Position numbers and translations under genes: made by a program
NCBI GenBank assembly: GCA_964016885.1
Contig: OZ024745.1
Span: 59,396,001 to 59,460,000 of the forward strand
Direction of reading: 5' to 3'
DNA length: 64,000 nucleotides
Origin: Eledone cirrhosa
Lineage: Eukaryota
In this document: positions 28,601 through 41,700 of the stretch, piece after piece
Position numbering within the stretch: the first letter of the stretch is position 1
How the letters are laid out: each line of letters opens with the position of its first letter
Notes under the pieces: model-generated
The model's database searches: none
What the model was told of the DNA's origin: nothing
Seen by the model: only the letters and a program-made list of their open reading frames with translations

Positions 28601-31600
28601 GACTTGGAGTGAGAACCTCGACTTGGAGTGAAAACCTCGACTTGGGGTGAAAACCTCGACTTGGAGTGAGAACCTCGACTTGGAGTGAAAACCTCGACTT
28701 GGAGTGAAAACCTCGACTTGGAGTGAGAACCCCGACTTGGAGTGAAAACCTCGACTTGGAGTGAGAACCTCGACTTGGAGTGAAAACCTCGACTTGGAGT
28801 GAGAACCTCGACTTGGAGTGAAAACCTCGACTTGGAGTGAGACCCTCGACTTGGAGTGAAAACCTCGACTTGGAGTGAAAACCTCGACTTGGAGTGAAAA
28901 CCTCGACTTGGAGTGAAAACCTCGACTTGGAGTGAGAACCTCGACTTGGAGTGAAAACCTCGACTTGGAGTGAAAACCTCGACTTGGAGTGAGAACCTCG
29001 ACTTTGAGTGAGAACCTCGCCTTGGAGTGAAAACCTCGATTTGGAGTGAAAACCTAGACTTGGAGTGAAAACCTAGACTTGGAGTGAAAACCTAGACTTG
29101 GAGTGAAAACCTAGACTTGGAGTGAAAACCTAGACTTGGAGTGAAAACCTCGATTTGGAGTGAGAACCTCGACTTGGAGTGAGAACCTCGACTTGGAGTG
29201 AAAACCTCGACTTGGAGTGAAAACCTCGACTTGGAGTGAGAACCTCGACTTGGAGTGAAAACCTCGACTTGGAGTGAGAACCTCGACTTGGAGTGAAAAC
29301 CTCGACTTGGAGTGAGAACCTCGACTTGGAGTGAAAACCTCGACTTGGAGTGAGAACCTCGACTTGGAGTGAAAACCTCGACTTGGAGTGAAAACCTCGA
29401 CTTGGAGTGAGAACCTCGACTTGGAGTGAGAACCTCGACTTGGAGTGAGAACCTCGACTTGGAGTGAGAACCTCGACTTGGAGTGAAAACCTCGACTTGG
29501 AGTGAAAACCTCGTCTTGGAGTGAGAACCTCGACTTGGAGTGAGAACCTCGACTTGGAGTGAAAACCTCGACTTGGAGTGAAAACCTCGACTTGGAGTGA
29601 GAACCTCGACTTGGAGTGAGAACCTCGACTTGGAGTGAGAACCTCGACTTGGAGTGAGAACCTCGACTTGGAGTGAAAACCTCGACTTGGAGTGAGAACC
29701 TCGACTTGGGGTGAAAACCTCGACTTGGAGTGAGAACCTCGACTTGGGGTGAAAACCTCGACTTGGAGTGAGAACCTCGACTTGGAGTGAAAACCTCGAC
29801 TTGGGGTGAAAACCTCGACTTGGAGTGAGAACCTCGACTTGGAGTGAAAACCTCGACTTGGAGTGAAAACCTCGACTTGGAGTGAGAACCCCGACTTGGA
29901 GTGAAAACCTCGACTTGGAGTGAGAACCTCGACTTGGAGTGAAAACCTCGACTTGGAGTGAGAACCTCGACTTGGAGTGAAAACCTCGACTTGGAGTGAG
30001 ACCCTCGACTTGGAGTGAAAACCTCGACTTGGAGTGAAAACCTCGACTTGGAGTGAAAACCTCGACTTGGAGTGAAAACCTCGACTTGGAGTGAGAACCT
30101 CGACTTGGAGTGAAAACCTCGACTTGGAGTGAGAACCTCGACTTGGAGTGAAAACCTCGACTTGGAGTGAGAACCTCGACTTGGAGTGAAAACCTCGACT
30201 TGGAGTGAGAACCTCGACTTGGAGTGAGAACCTCGACTTGGAGTGAGAATCTCGACTTGGAGTGAGAACCTCGCCTTGGAGTGAAAACCTCGACTTGGAG
30301 TGAAAACTTCGACTTGCAGTGAAAACCTCGACTTGGAGTGAAAACCTCGACTTGGAGTGAAAACCTCGACTTGGAGTGAAAACCTCGACTTGGAGTGAGA
30401 ACCTCGACTTGGAGTGAAAACCTCGACTTGGAGTGAGACCCTCGACTTGGAGTGAAAACCTCGACTTGGAGTGAAAACCTCGACTTGGAGTGAAAACCTC
30501 GACTTGGAGTGAGAACCTCGACTTGGAGTGAAAACCTCGACTTGGAGTGAGAACCTCGACTTGGAGTGAAAACCTCGACTTGGAGTGAGAACCTCGACTT
30601 GGAGTGAAAACCTCGACTTGGAGTGAAAACCTCGACTTGGAGTGAGAACCTCGACTTGGAGTGAAAACCTCGACTTGGAGTGAGAACCTCGACTTGGAGT
30701 GAAAACCTCGACTTGGAGTGAGAACCTTGACTTGGAGTGAAAACCTCGACTTGGAGTGAAAACCTCGACTTGGAGTGAGAACCTCGACTTGGAGTGAAAA
30801 CCTCGCCTTGGAGTGAAAACCTCGACTTGGAGTGAGAACCTCGACTTGGAGTGAAAACCTCGAGTTGGAGTGAAAACCTCGATTTGGAGTGAGAACCTCG
30901 ACTTGGAGTGAAAACCTCGACTTGGAGTGAAAACCTCGACTTGGAGTGAGAACCTCGACTTGGAGTGAGAACCTCGACTTGGAGTGAGAACCGCGACTTG
31001 GAGTGAGAACCGCGACTTAGAGTGAAAACCTCGACTTGGAGTGAGAACCTCGACTTGGAGTGAGAACCTCGACTTGGAGTGAGAACCTCGACTTGGAGTG
31101 AGAACCTCGACTTGGAGTGAGAACCTCGACTTGGAGTGAAAACCTCGACTTGGAGTGAGAACCTCGACTTGGAGTGAGAACCTCGACTTGGAGTGAGAAC
31201 CTCGACTTGGAGTGAGAACCTCGACTTGGAGTGAAAACCTCGACTTGGAGTGAGAACCTCGACTTGGAGTGAGAACCTCGACTTGGAGTGATAACCTCGA
31301 CTTGGAGTGAGAACCTCGACTTGGAGTGAAAACCTCGACTTGGAGTGAAAACCTCGACTTGGAGTGAAAACCTCGACTTGGAGTGAGAACCTCGACTTGG
31401 AGTGAAAACCTCGACTTGGAGTGAGAACCTCGACTTGGAGTGAAAACCTCGACTTGGAGTGAGAACCTCGACTTGGAGTGAAAACCTCGACTTGGAGTGA
31501 GAACCTCGACTTGGAGTGAAAACCTCGACTTGGAGTGAAAACCTCGACTTGGAGTGAAAACCTCGACTTGGAGTGAGAACCTCGACTTGGAGTGAAAACC

Positions 31601-32700
31601 TCGACTTGGAGTGAAAACCTCGACTTGGAGTGAGAACCTCGACTTTGAGTGAGAACCTCGCCTTGGAGTGAAAACCTCGATTTGGAGTGAAAACCTAGAC
31701 TTGGAGTGAAAACCTAGACTTGGAGTGAAAACCTAGACTTGGAGTGAAAACCTAGACTTGGAGTGAAAACCTAGACTTGGAGTGAAAACCTCGATTTGGA
31801 GTGAGAACCTCGACTTGGAGTGAGAACCTCGACTTGGAGTGAAAACCTCGACTTGGAGTGAAAACCTCGACTTGGAGTGAGAACCTCGACTTGGAGTGAA
31901 AACCTCGACTTGGAGTGAGAACCTCGACTTGGAGTGAAAACCTCGACTTGGAGTGAGAACCTCGACTTGGAGTGAAAACCTCGACTTGGAGTGAGAACCT
32001 CGACTTGGAGTGAAAACCTCGACTTGGAGTGAAAACCTCGACTTGGAGTGAAAACCTCGACTTGGAGTGAAAACCTCGTCTTGGAGTGAGAACCTCGACT
32101 TGGAGTGAAAACCTCGACTTGGAGTGAAAACCTCGACTTGGAGTGAAAACCTCGACTTGGAGTGAAAACCTCGACTTGGAGTGAGAACCTCGACTTGGAG
32201 TGAGAACCTCGACTTGGAGTGAGAACCTCGACTTGGAGTGAGAACCTCGACTTGGAGTGAGAACCTCGACTTGGAGTGAGAACCTCGACTTGGGGTGAAA
32301 ACCTCGACTTGGAGTGAGAACCTCGACTTGGAGTGAAAACCTCGACTTGGGGTGAAAACCTCGACTTGGAGTGAAAACCTCGACTTGGAGTGAAAACCTC
32401 GACTTGGAGTGAAAACCTCGACTTGGAGTGAGAACCCCGACTTGGTGTGAAAACCTCGACTTGGAGTGAGAACCTCGACTTGGAGTGAAAACCTCGACTT
32501 GGAGTGAGAACCTCGACTTGGAGTGAAAACCTCGACTTGGAGTGAGACCCTCGACTTGGAGTGAAAACCTCGACTTGGAGTGAAAACCTCGACTTGGAGT
32601 GAAAACCTCGACTTGGAGTGAAAACCTCGACTTGGAGTGAGAACCTCGACTTGGAGTGAAAACCTCGACTTGGAGTGAAAACCTCGACTTGGAGTGAAAA
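19600..32700. repeat. Satellite domain B (variant-defined, approximate bounds), local periods ~0.7-4.7 kb
   Basis: Marked by CTCGTCTTGG, TTGGGGTG triplets (~21500, 25035, 28550, 29710), GAGACCC, GAGAATCTC and frequent 5x CCTAGAC cassettes. CCTTGAC markers at 22498, 26051 and 30725 are offset by 3553 (187x19) and 4674 (246x19). Confidence 0.7.
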
Positions 32701-35700
32701 CCTCGACTTGGAGTGAGAACCTCGACTTGGAGTGAGAACCTCGACTTGGAGTGAGAACCTCGACTTGGAGTGAGAACCTCGCCTTGGAGTGAGAACCTCG
32801 ACTTGGAGTGAAAACTTCGACTTGGAGTGAAAACCTCGACTTGGAGTGAAAACCTCGACTTGGAGTGAGAACCTCGACTTGGAGTGAAAACCTCGACTTG
32901 GAGTGAGAACCTCGACTTGGAGTGAAAACCTCGACTTGGAGTGAGACCCTCGACTTGGAGTGAAAACCTCGACTTGGAGTGAAAACCTCGACTTGGAGTG
33001 AAAACCTCGACTTGGAGTGAGAACCTCGACTTGGAGTGAAAACCTCGACTTGGAGTGAGAACCTCGACTTGGAGTGAGAACCTCGACTTGGAGTGAGAAC
33101 CTCGACTTGGAGTGAGAACCTCGACTTGGAGTGAGAACCTCGACTTGGAGTGAGAACCTCGACTTGGAGTGAGAACCTCGACTTGGAGTGAAAACTTCGA
33201 CTTGGAGTGAAAACCTCGACTTGGAGTGAAAACCTCGACTTGGAGTGAAAACCTCGACTTGGAGTGAAAACCTCGACTTGGAGTGAGAACCTCGACTTGG
33301 AGTGAAAACCTCGACTTGGAGTGAGAACCTCGACTTGGAGTGAAAAGCTCGACTTGGAGTGAAAACCTCGACTTGGAGTGAAAACCTCGACTTGGAGTGA
33401 AAACCTCGACTTGGAATGAAAACCTCGACTTGGAGTGAAAACCTCGACTTGGAGTGAAAACCTCGACTAGGAGTGAAAACCTCGACTTGGAGTGAAAACC
33501 TCGATTTGGAGTGAAAACCTCGACTTGGAGTGAAAACCTCGACATGGAGTGAAAACCTCGACATGGAGTGAAAACCTCGACTTGGAGTGAAAACCTCGAC
33601 ATGGAGTGAAAACCTCGACTTGGAGAGAAAACCTCGACTTGGAGTGAAAACCTCGACTTGGAGTGAAAACCTCGACTTGGAGTGAAAACCTCGACTTGGA
33701 GTGAAAACCTCGACTTGGAGTGAAAACCTCGACTTGGAGTGAAAACCTCGGCTTGGAGTGAAAACCTCGACTTGGAGTGAAAACCTCGGCTTGGAGTGAA
33801 AACCTCGACTTGGAGTGAAAACCTCGGCTTGGAGTGAAAACCTCGATTTGGAGTTAAAACCTAGACTTGGAGTGAAAACCTCGATTTGGAGTTAAAACCT
33901 AGACTTGGAGTGAAAACCTCGATTTGGAGTGAGAACCTCGAGTTGGAGTGAGAACCTCGACTTGGAGTGAAAACCTCGACTTGGAGTGAGAACCTCGACC
34001 TGGAGTGAAAACCTCGACTTGGAGTGAGAACCTCGACTTGGAGTGAGAACCTCGACTTGGAGTGAAAACCTCGACTTGGAGTGAGAACCTCGACTTGGAG
34101 TGAGAACCTCGACTTGGAGTGAGAACCTCGACTTGGAGTGAGAACCTCGACTTGGAGTGAGAACCTCGACTTGGAGTGAGAACCTCGACTTGGAGTGAGA
34201 ACCTCGACTTGGAGTGAAAACCTCGACTTGGAGTGAAAACCTCGACTTGGAGTGAGAACCTCGACTTGGAGTGACAACCTCGACTTGGAGTGAGAACCTC
34301 GACTTGGAGTGAGAACCTCGACTTGGAGTGAGAACCTCGACTTGGAGTGAGAACCTCGACTTGGAGTGAGAACCTCGACTTGGAGTGAGAACCTCGACTT
34401 GGAGTGAAAACCTCGACTTGGAGTGAAAACCTCGACTTGGAGTGAGAACCTCGACTTGGAGTGAGAACCTCGACTTGGAGTGAGAACCTCGACTTGGGGT
34501 GAAAACCTCGACTTGGAGTGAAAACCTCGACTTGGAGTGAGAACCTCGACTTGGAGTGAGAACCTCGACTTGGAGTGAGAACCTCGACTTGGAGTGAGAA
34601 CCTCGACTTGGAGTGAAAACCTCGACTTGGAGTGAAAACCTCGACTTGGAGTGAAATCCTCGACTAGGAGTGAAAACCTCGACTTGGAGTGAGAACCTCG
34701 ACTTGGAGTGAAAACCTCGATTTGGAGTGAAAACCTCGACTTGGAGTGAAAACCTCGACTTGGAGTGAGAACCTCGACTTGGAGTGAGAACCTCGACTTG
34801 GAGTGAAAACCTCGACATGGAGTGAAAACCTCGACTTGGAGTGAAAACCTCGACATGGAGTGAAAACCTCGACATGGAGTGAAAACCTCGACTTGGAGTG
34901 AGAACCTCGACTTGGAGTGAAAACCTCGACTTGGAGTGAAAACCTCGACTTGGAGTGAAAACCTCGACTTGGAGTGAAAACCTCGACTTGGAGTGAGAAC
35001 CTCGACTTGGAGTGAAAACCTCGACTTGTAGTGAGAACCTCGACTTGGAGTGAAAACCTCGACTTGGAGTGAGAACCCCGACTTGGAATGAAAACCTCGA
35101 CTTGGAGTGAGAACCCCGACTTGGAGTGAAAACCTCGACTTGGAGTGAGAACCTCGACTTGGAGTGAAAACCTCGACTTGGAGTGAGAACCTCGACTTGG
35201 AGTGAAAACCTCGACTTGGAGTGAAAACCTCGACTTGGAGTGAGAACCTCGACTTGGAGTGAGAACCTCGACTTGGAGTGAGAACCTCGACTTGGAGTCA
35301 AAACCTCGACTTGGAGTGAAAACCCCGACTTGGAGTGAAAACCTCGACTTGGAGTGAGAACCTCGACTTGGAGTGAAAACCTCGACTTGGAGTGAGAACC
35401 TCGACTTGGAGTGAGAACCTCGACTTGGAGTGAAAACCTCGACTTGGAGTGAGAACCTCGACTTGGAGTGAAAACCTCGACTTTGAGTGAGAACCTCGCC
35501 TTGGAGTGAAAACCTCGACTTGGAGTGAAAACCTCGACTTGGAATGAGAACCTCGACTTGGAGTGAAAACCTCGACTTGGAGTGAGAACCTCGACTTGGA
35601 GTGAAAACCTCGACTTGGAGTGAGAACCTCGACTTGGAGTGAAAACCTCGCTTTGGAGTGAAAACCTCGACTTGGAGTGAAAACCTCGCTTTGGAGTGAA

Positions 35701-38700
35701 AACCTCGACTTGGAGTGAAAACCTCGACTTGGAGTGAGAACCTCGACTTGGAGTGAAAACCTCGACTTGGAGTGAGAACCTCGACTTGGAGTGAGAACCT
35801 CGACTTGGAGTGAGAACCTCGACTTGGAGTGAAAACCTCGACTTGGAGTGAAAACCTCGACATGGAGTGAGAACCTCGACTTGGAGTGAGAACCTCGACA
35901 TGGAGTGAAAACCGCGACTTGGAGTGAGAACCTCGACTTGGAGTGAAAACCGCGACTTGGAGTGAGAACCTCGACTTGGAGTGAAAACCTCGACTTGGAG
36001 TGAGAACCTCGACTTGGAGTGAGAACCTCGACTTGGAGTGAGAACCTCGACTTGGAGTGAGAACCTCGACTTGGAGTGAGAACCTCGACTTGGAGTGAGA
36101 ACCTCGACTTGGAGTGAAAACCGCGACTTGGAGTGAAAACCTCGACTTGGAGTGAAAACCTCGACTTGGAGTGAAAACCTCGACTTGGAGTGACAACCTC
36201 GACTTGGAGTGAAAACCTCGACTTGGAGTGAAAACCCCGACTTGGAGTGAAAACCTCGACTTGGAGTGAGAACCTCGACTTGGAGTGAAAACCTCGACTT
36301 GGAGTGAGAACCTCGACTTGGAGTGAGAACCTCGACTTGGAGTGAAAACCGCGACTTGGAGTGAGAACCTCGACTTGGAGTGAAAACCGCGACTTGGAGT
36401 GAGAACCTCGACTTGGAGTGAAAACCTCGACTTGGAGTGAGAACCTCGACTTGGAGTGAGAACCTCGACTTGGAGTGAGAACCTCGACTTGGAGTGAAAA
36501 CCTCGACTTGGAGTGAGAACCTCGACTTGGAGTGAGAACCTCGACTTGGAGTGAAAACCGCGACTTGGAGTGAAAACCTCGACTTGGAGTGAAAACCTCG
36601 ACTTGGAGTGAAAACCTCGACTTGGAGTGAAAACCTCGACTTGGAGTGAAAACCTCGACTTGGAGTGAAAACCTCGACTTGGAGTGAGAACCTCGACTTT
36701 GAGTGAAAACCTCGCCTTGGAGTGAAAACCTCGACTTGGAGTGAAAACCTCGACTTGGAGTGAGAACCTCGACTTGGAGTGAAAACCTCGACTTGGAGTG
36801 AGAACCTCGACTTGGAGTGAAAACCTCGACTTGGAGTGAAAACCTCGACTTGGAGTGAAAACCTCGACTTGGAGTGAAAACCTCGACTTGGAGTGAGAAC
36901 CTCGACTTGGAGTGAGAACCTCGACTTGGAGTGAAAACATCGCTTTGGAGTGAAAACCTCGACTTGGAGTGAAAACCTCGACTTGGAGTGAGAACCTCGA
37001 CTTGGAGTGAGAACCTCGACTTGGAGTGAAAACCTCGACTTGGAGTGAGAACCTCGACTTGGAGTGAGAACCTCGACTTGGAGTGAAAACCTCGACATGG
37101 AGTGAAAACCTCGACTTGGAGTGAAAACCTCGACATGGAGTGAGAACCTCGACTTGGAGTGAGAACCTCGACATGGAGTGAAAACCGCGACTTGGAGTGA
37201 GAACCTCGACTTGGAGTGAAAACCTCGACTTGGAGTGAAAACCTCGACTTGGAGTGAGAACCTCGACTTGGAGTGAAAACCTCGACTTGGAGTGAGAACC
37301 TCGCCTTGGAGTGAAAACCTCGACTTTGAGTGAGAACCTCGATTGGAGTGAAAACCTCGACTTGGAGTGAAAACCTCGACTTGGAGTGAGAACCTCGACT
37401 TGGAGTCAAAACCTCGACTTGGAGTGAAAACCTCGACTTGGAGTGAAAACCCCGACTTGGAGTGAAAACCTCGACTTGGAGTGAGAACCTCGACTTGGAG
37501 TGAAAACCTCGACTTGGAGTGAGAACCTCGACTTGGAGTGAGAACCTCGACTTGGAGTGAAAACCTCGACTTGGAGTGAGAACCTCGACTTGGAGTGAAA
37601 ACCTCGACTTGGAGTGAGAACCTCGACTTGGAGTGAAAACCTCGACTTTGAGTGAGAACCTCGCCTTGGAGTGAGAACCTCGCCTTGGAGTGAAAACCTC
37701 GACTTGGAGTGAAAACCTCGACTTGGAATGAGAACCTCGACTTGGAGTGAAAACCTCGACTTGGAGTGAGAACCTCGACTTGGAGTGAAAACCTCGACTT
37801 GGAGTGAGAACCTCGACTTGGAGTGAAAACCTCGCTTTGGAGTGAAAACCTCGACTTGGAGTGAAAACCTCGCTTTGGAGTGAAAACCTCGACTTGGAGT
37901 GAAAACCTCGACTTGGAGTGAGAACCTCGACTTGGAGTGAAAACCTCGACTTGGAGTGAGAACCTCGACTTGGAGTGAGAACCTCGACTTGGAGTGAGAA
38001 CCTCGACTTGGAGTGAGAACCTCGCCTTGGAGTGAGAACCTCGACTTGGAGTGAAAACTTCGACTTGGAGTGAAAACCTCGACTTGGAGTGAAAACCTCG
38101 ACTTGGAGTGAGAACCTCGACTTGGAGTGAAAACCTCGACTTGGAGTGAGAACCTCGACTTGGAGTGAAAACCTCGACTTGGAGTGAGACCCTCGACTTG
38201 GAGTGAAAACCTCGACTTGGAGTGAAAACCTCGACTTGGAGTGAAAACCTCGACTTGGAGTGAGAACCTCGACTTGGAGTGAAAACCTCGACTTGGAGTG
38301 AGAACCTCGACTTGGAGTGAGAACCTCGACTTGGAGTGAGAACCTCGACTTGGAGTGAGAACCTCGACTTGGAGTGAGAACCTCGACTTGGAGTGAGAAC
38401 CTCGACTTGGAGTGAGAACCTCGACTTGGAGTGAAAACTTCGACTTGGAGTGAAAACCTCGACTTGGAGTGAAAACCTCGACTTGGAGTGAAAACCTCGA
38501 CTTGGAGTGAAAACCTCGACTTGGAGTGAGAACCTCGACTTGGAGTGAAAACCTCGACTTGGAGTGAGAACCTCGACTTGGAGTGAAAACCTCGACTTGG
38601 AGTGAAAACCTCGACTTGGAGTGAAAACCTCGACTTGGAGTGAAAACCTCGACTTGGAATGAAAACCTCGACTTGGAGTGAAAACCTCGACTTGGAGTGA

Positions 38701-41700
38701 AAACCTCGACTAGGAGTGAAAACCTCGACTTGGAGTGAAAACCTCGATTTGGAGTGAAAACCTCGACTTGGAGTGAAAACCTCGACATGGAGTGAAAACC
38801 TCGACATGGAGTGAAAACCTCGACTTGGAGTGAAAACCTCGACATGGAGTGAAAACCTCGACTTGGAGAGAAAACCTCGACTTGGAGTGAAAACCTCGAC
38901 TTGGAGTGAAAACCTCGACTTGGAGTGAAAACCTCGACTTGGAGTGAAAACCTCGACTTGGAGTGAAAACCTCGACTTGGAGTGAAAACCTCGGCTTGGA
39001 GTGAAAACCTCGACTTGGAGTGAAAACCTCGGCTTGGAGTGAAAACCTCGACTTGGAGTGAAAACCTCGGCTTGGAGTGAAAACCTCGATTTGGAGTTAA
39101 AACCTAGACTTGGAGTGAAAACCTCGATTTGGAGTTAAAACCTAGACTTGGAGTGAAAACCTCGATTTGGAGTGAGAACCTCGAGTTGGAGTGAGAACCT
39201 CGACTTGGAGTGAAAACCTCGACTTGGAGTGAGAACCTCGACCTGGAGTGAAAACCTCGACTTGGAGTGAGAACCTCGACTTGGAGTGAGAACCTCGACT
39301 TGGAGTGAAAACCTCGACTTGGAGTGAGAACCTCGACTTGGAGTGAGAACCTCGACTTGGAGTGAGAACCTCGACTTGGAGTGAGAACCTCGACTTGGAG
39401 TGAGAACCTCGACTTGGAGTGAGAACCTCGACTTGGAGTGAGAACCTCGACTTGGAGTGAAAACCTCGACTTGGAGTGAAAACCTCGACTTGGAGTGAGA
39501 ACCTCGACTTGGAGTGACAACCTCGACTTGGAGTGAGAACCTCGACTTGGAGTGAGAACCTCGACTTGGAGTGAGAACCTCGACTTGGAGTGAGAACCTC
39601 GACTTGGAGTGAGAACCTCGACTTGGAGTGAGAACCTCGACTTGGAGTGAAAACCTCGACTTGGAGTGAAAACCTCGACTTGGAGTGAGAACCTCGACTT
39701 GGAGTGAGAACCTCGACTTGGAGTGAGAACCTCGACTTGGGGTGAAAACCTCGACTTGGAGTGAAAACCTCGACTTGGAGTGAGAACCTCGACTTGGAGT
39801 GAGAACCTCGACTTGGAGTGAGAACCTCGACTTGGAGTGAGAACCTCGACTTGGAGTGAAAACCTCGACTTGGAGTGAAAACCTCGACTTGGAGTGAAAT
39901 CCTCGACTAGGAGTGAAAACCTCGACTTGGAGTGAGAACCTCGACTTGGAGTGAAAACCTCGATTTGGAGTGAAAACCTCGACTTGGAGTGAAAACCTCG
40001 ACTTGGAGTGAGAACCTCGACTTGGAGTGAGAACCTCGACTTGGAGTGAAAACCTCGACATGGAGTGAAAACCTCGACTTGGAGTGAAAACCTCGACATG
40101 GAGTGAAAACCTCGACATGGAGTGAAAACCTCGACTTGGAGTGAGAACCTCGACTTGGAGTGAAAACCTCGACTTGGAGTGAAAACCTCGACTTGGAGTG
40201 AAAACCTCGACTTGGAGTGAAAACCTCGACTTGGAGTGAGAACCTCGACTTGGAGTGAAAACCTCGACTTGTAGTGAGAACCTCGACTTGGAGTGAAAAC
40301 CTCGACTTGGAGTGAGAACCCCGACTTGGAATGAAAACCTCGACTTGGAGTGAGAACCCCGACTTGGAGTGAAAACCTCGACTTGGAGTGAGAACCTCGA
40401 CTTGGAGTGAAAACCTCGACTTGGAGTGAGAACCTCGACTTGGAGTGAAAACCTCGACTTGGAGTGAAAACCTCGACTTGGAGTGAGAACCTCGACTTGG
40501 AGTGAGAACCTCGACTTGGAGTGAGAACCTCGACTTGGAGTCAAAACCTCGACTTGGAGTGAAAACCCCGACTTGGAGTGAAAACCTCGACTTGGAGTGA
40601 GAACCTCGACTTGGAGTGAAAACCTCGACTTGGAGTGAGAACCTCGACTTGGAGTGAGAACCTCGACTTGGAGTGAAAACCTCGACTTGGAGTGAGAACC
40701 TCGACTTGGAGTGAAAACCTCGACTTTGAGTGAGAACCTCGCCTTGGAGTGAAAACCTCGACTTGGAGTGAAAACCTCGACTTGGAATGAGAACCTCGAC
40801 TTGGAGTGAAAACCTCGACTTGGAGTGAGAACCTCGACTTGGAGTGAAAACCTCGACTTGGAGTGAGAACCTCGACTTGGAGTGAAAACCTCGCTTTGGA
40901 GTGAAAACCTCGACTTGGAGTGAAAACCTCGCTTTGGAGTGAAAACCTCGACTTGGAGTGAAAACCTCGACTTGGAGTGAGAACCTCGACTTGGAGTGAA
41001 AACCTCGACTTGGAGTGAGAACCTCGACTTGGAGTGAGAACCTCGACTTGGAGTGAGAACCTCGACTTGGAGTGAAAACCTCGACTTGGAGTGAAAACCT
41101 CGACATGGAGTGAGAACCTCGACTTGGAGTGAGAACCTCGACATGGAGTGAAAACCGCGACTTGGAGTGAGAACCTCGACTTGGAGTGAAAACCGCGACT
41201 TGGAGTGAGAACCTCGACTTGGAGTGAAAACCTCGACTTGGAGTGAGAACCTCGACTTGGAGTGAGAACCTCGACTTGGAGTGAGAACCTCGACTTGGAG
41301 TGAGAACCTCGACTTGGAGTGAGAACCTCGACTTGGAGTGAGAACCTCGACTTGGAGTGAAAACCGCGACTTGGAGTGAAAACCTCGACTTGGAGTGAAA
41401 ACCTCGACTTGGAGTGAAAACCTCGACTTGGAGTGACAACCTCGACTTGGAGTGAAAACCTCGACTTGGAGTGAAAACCCCGACTTGGAGTGAAAACCTC
41501 GACTTGGAGTGAGAACCTCGACTTGGAGTGAAAACCTCGACTTGGAGTGAGAACCTCGACTTGGAGTGAGAACCTCGACTTGGAGTGAAAACCGCGACTT
41601 GGAGTGAGAACCTCGACTTGGAGTGAAAACCGCGACTTGGAGTGAGAACCTCGACTTGGAGTGAAAACCTCGACTTGGAGTGAGAACCTCGACTTGGAGT

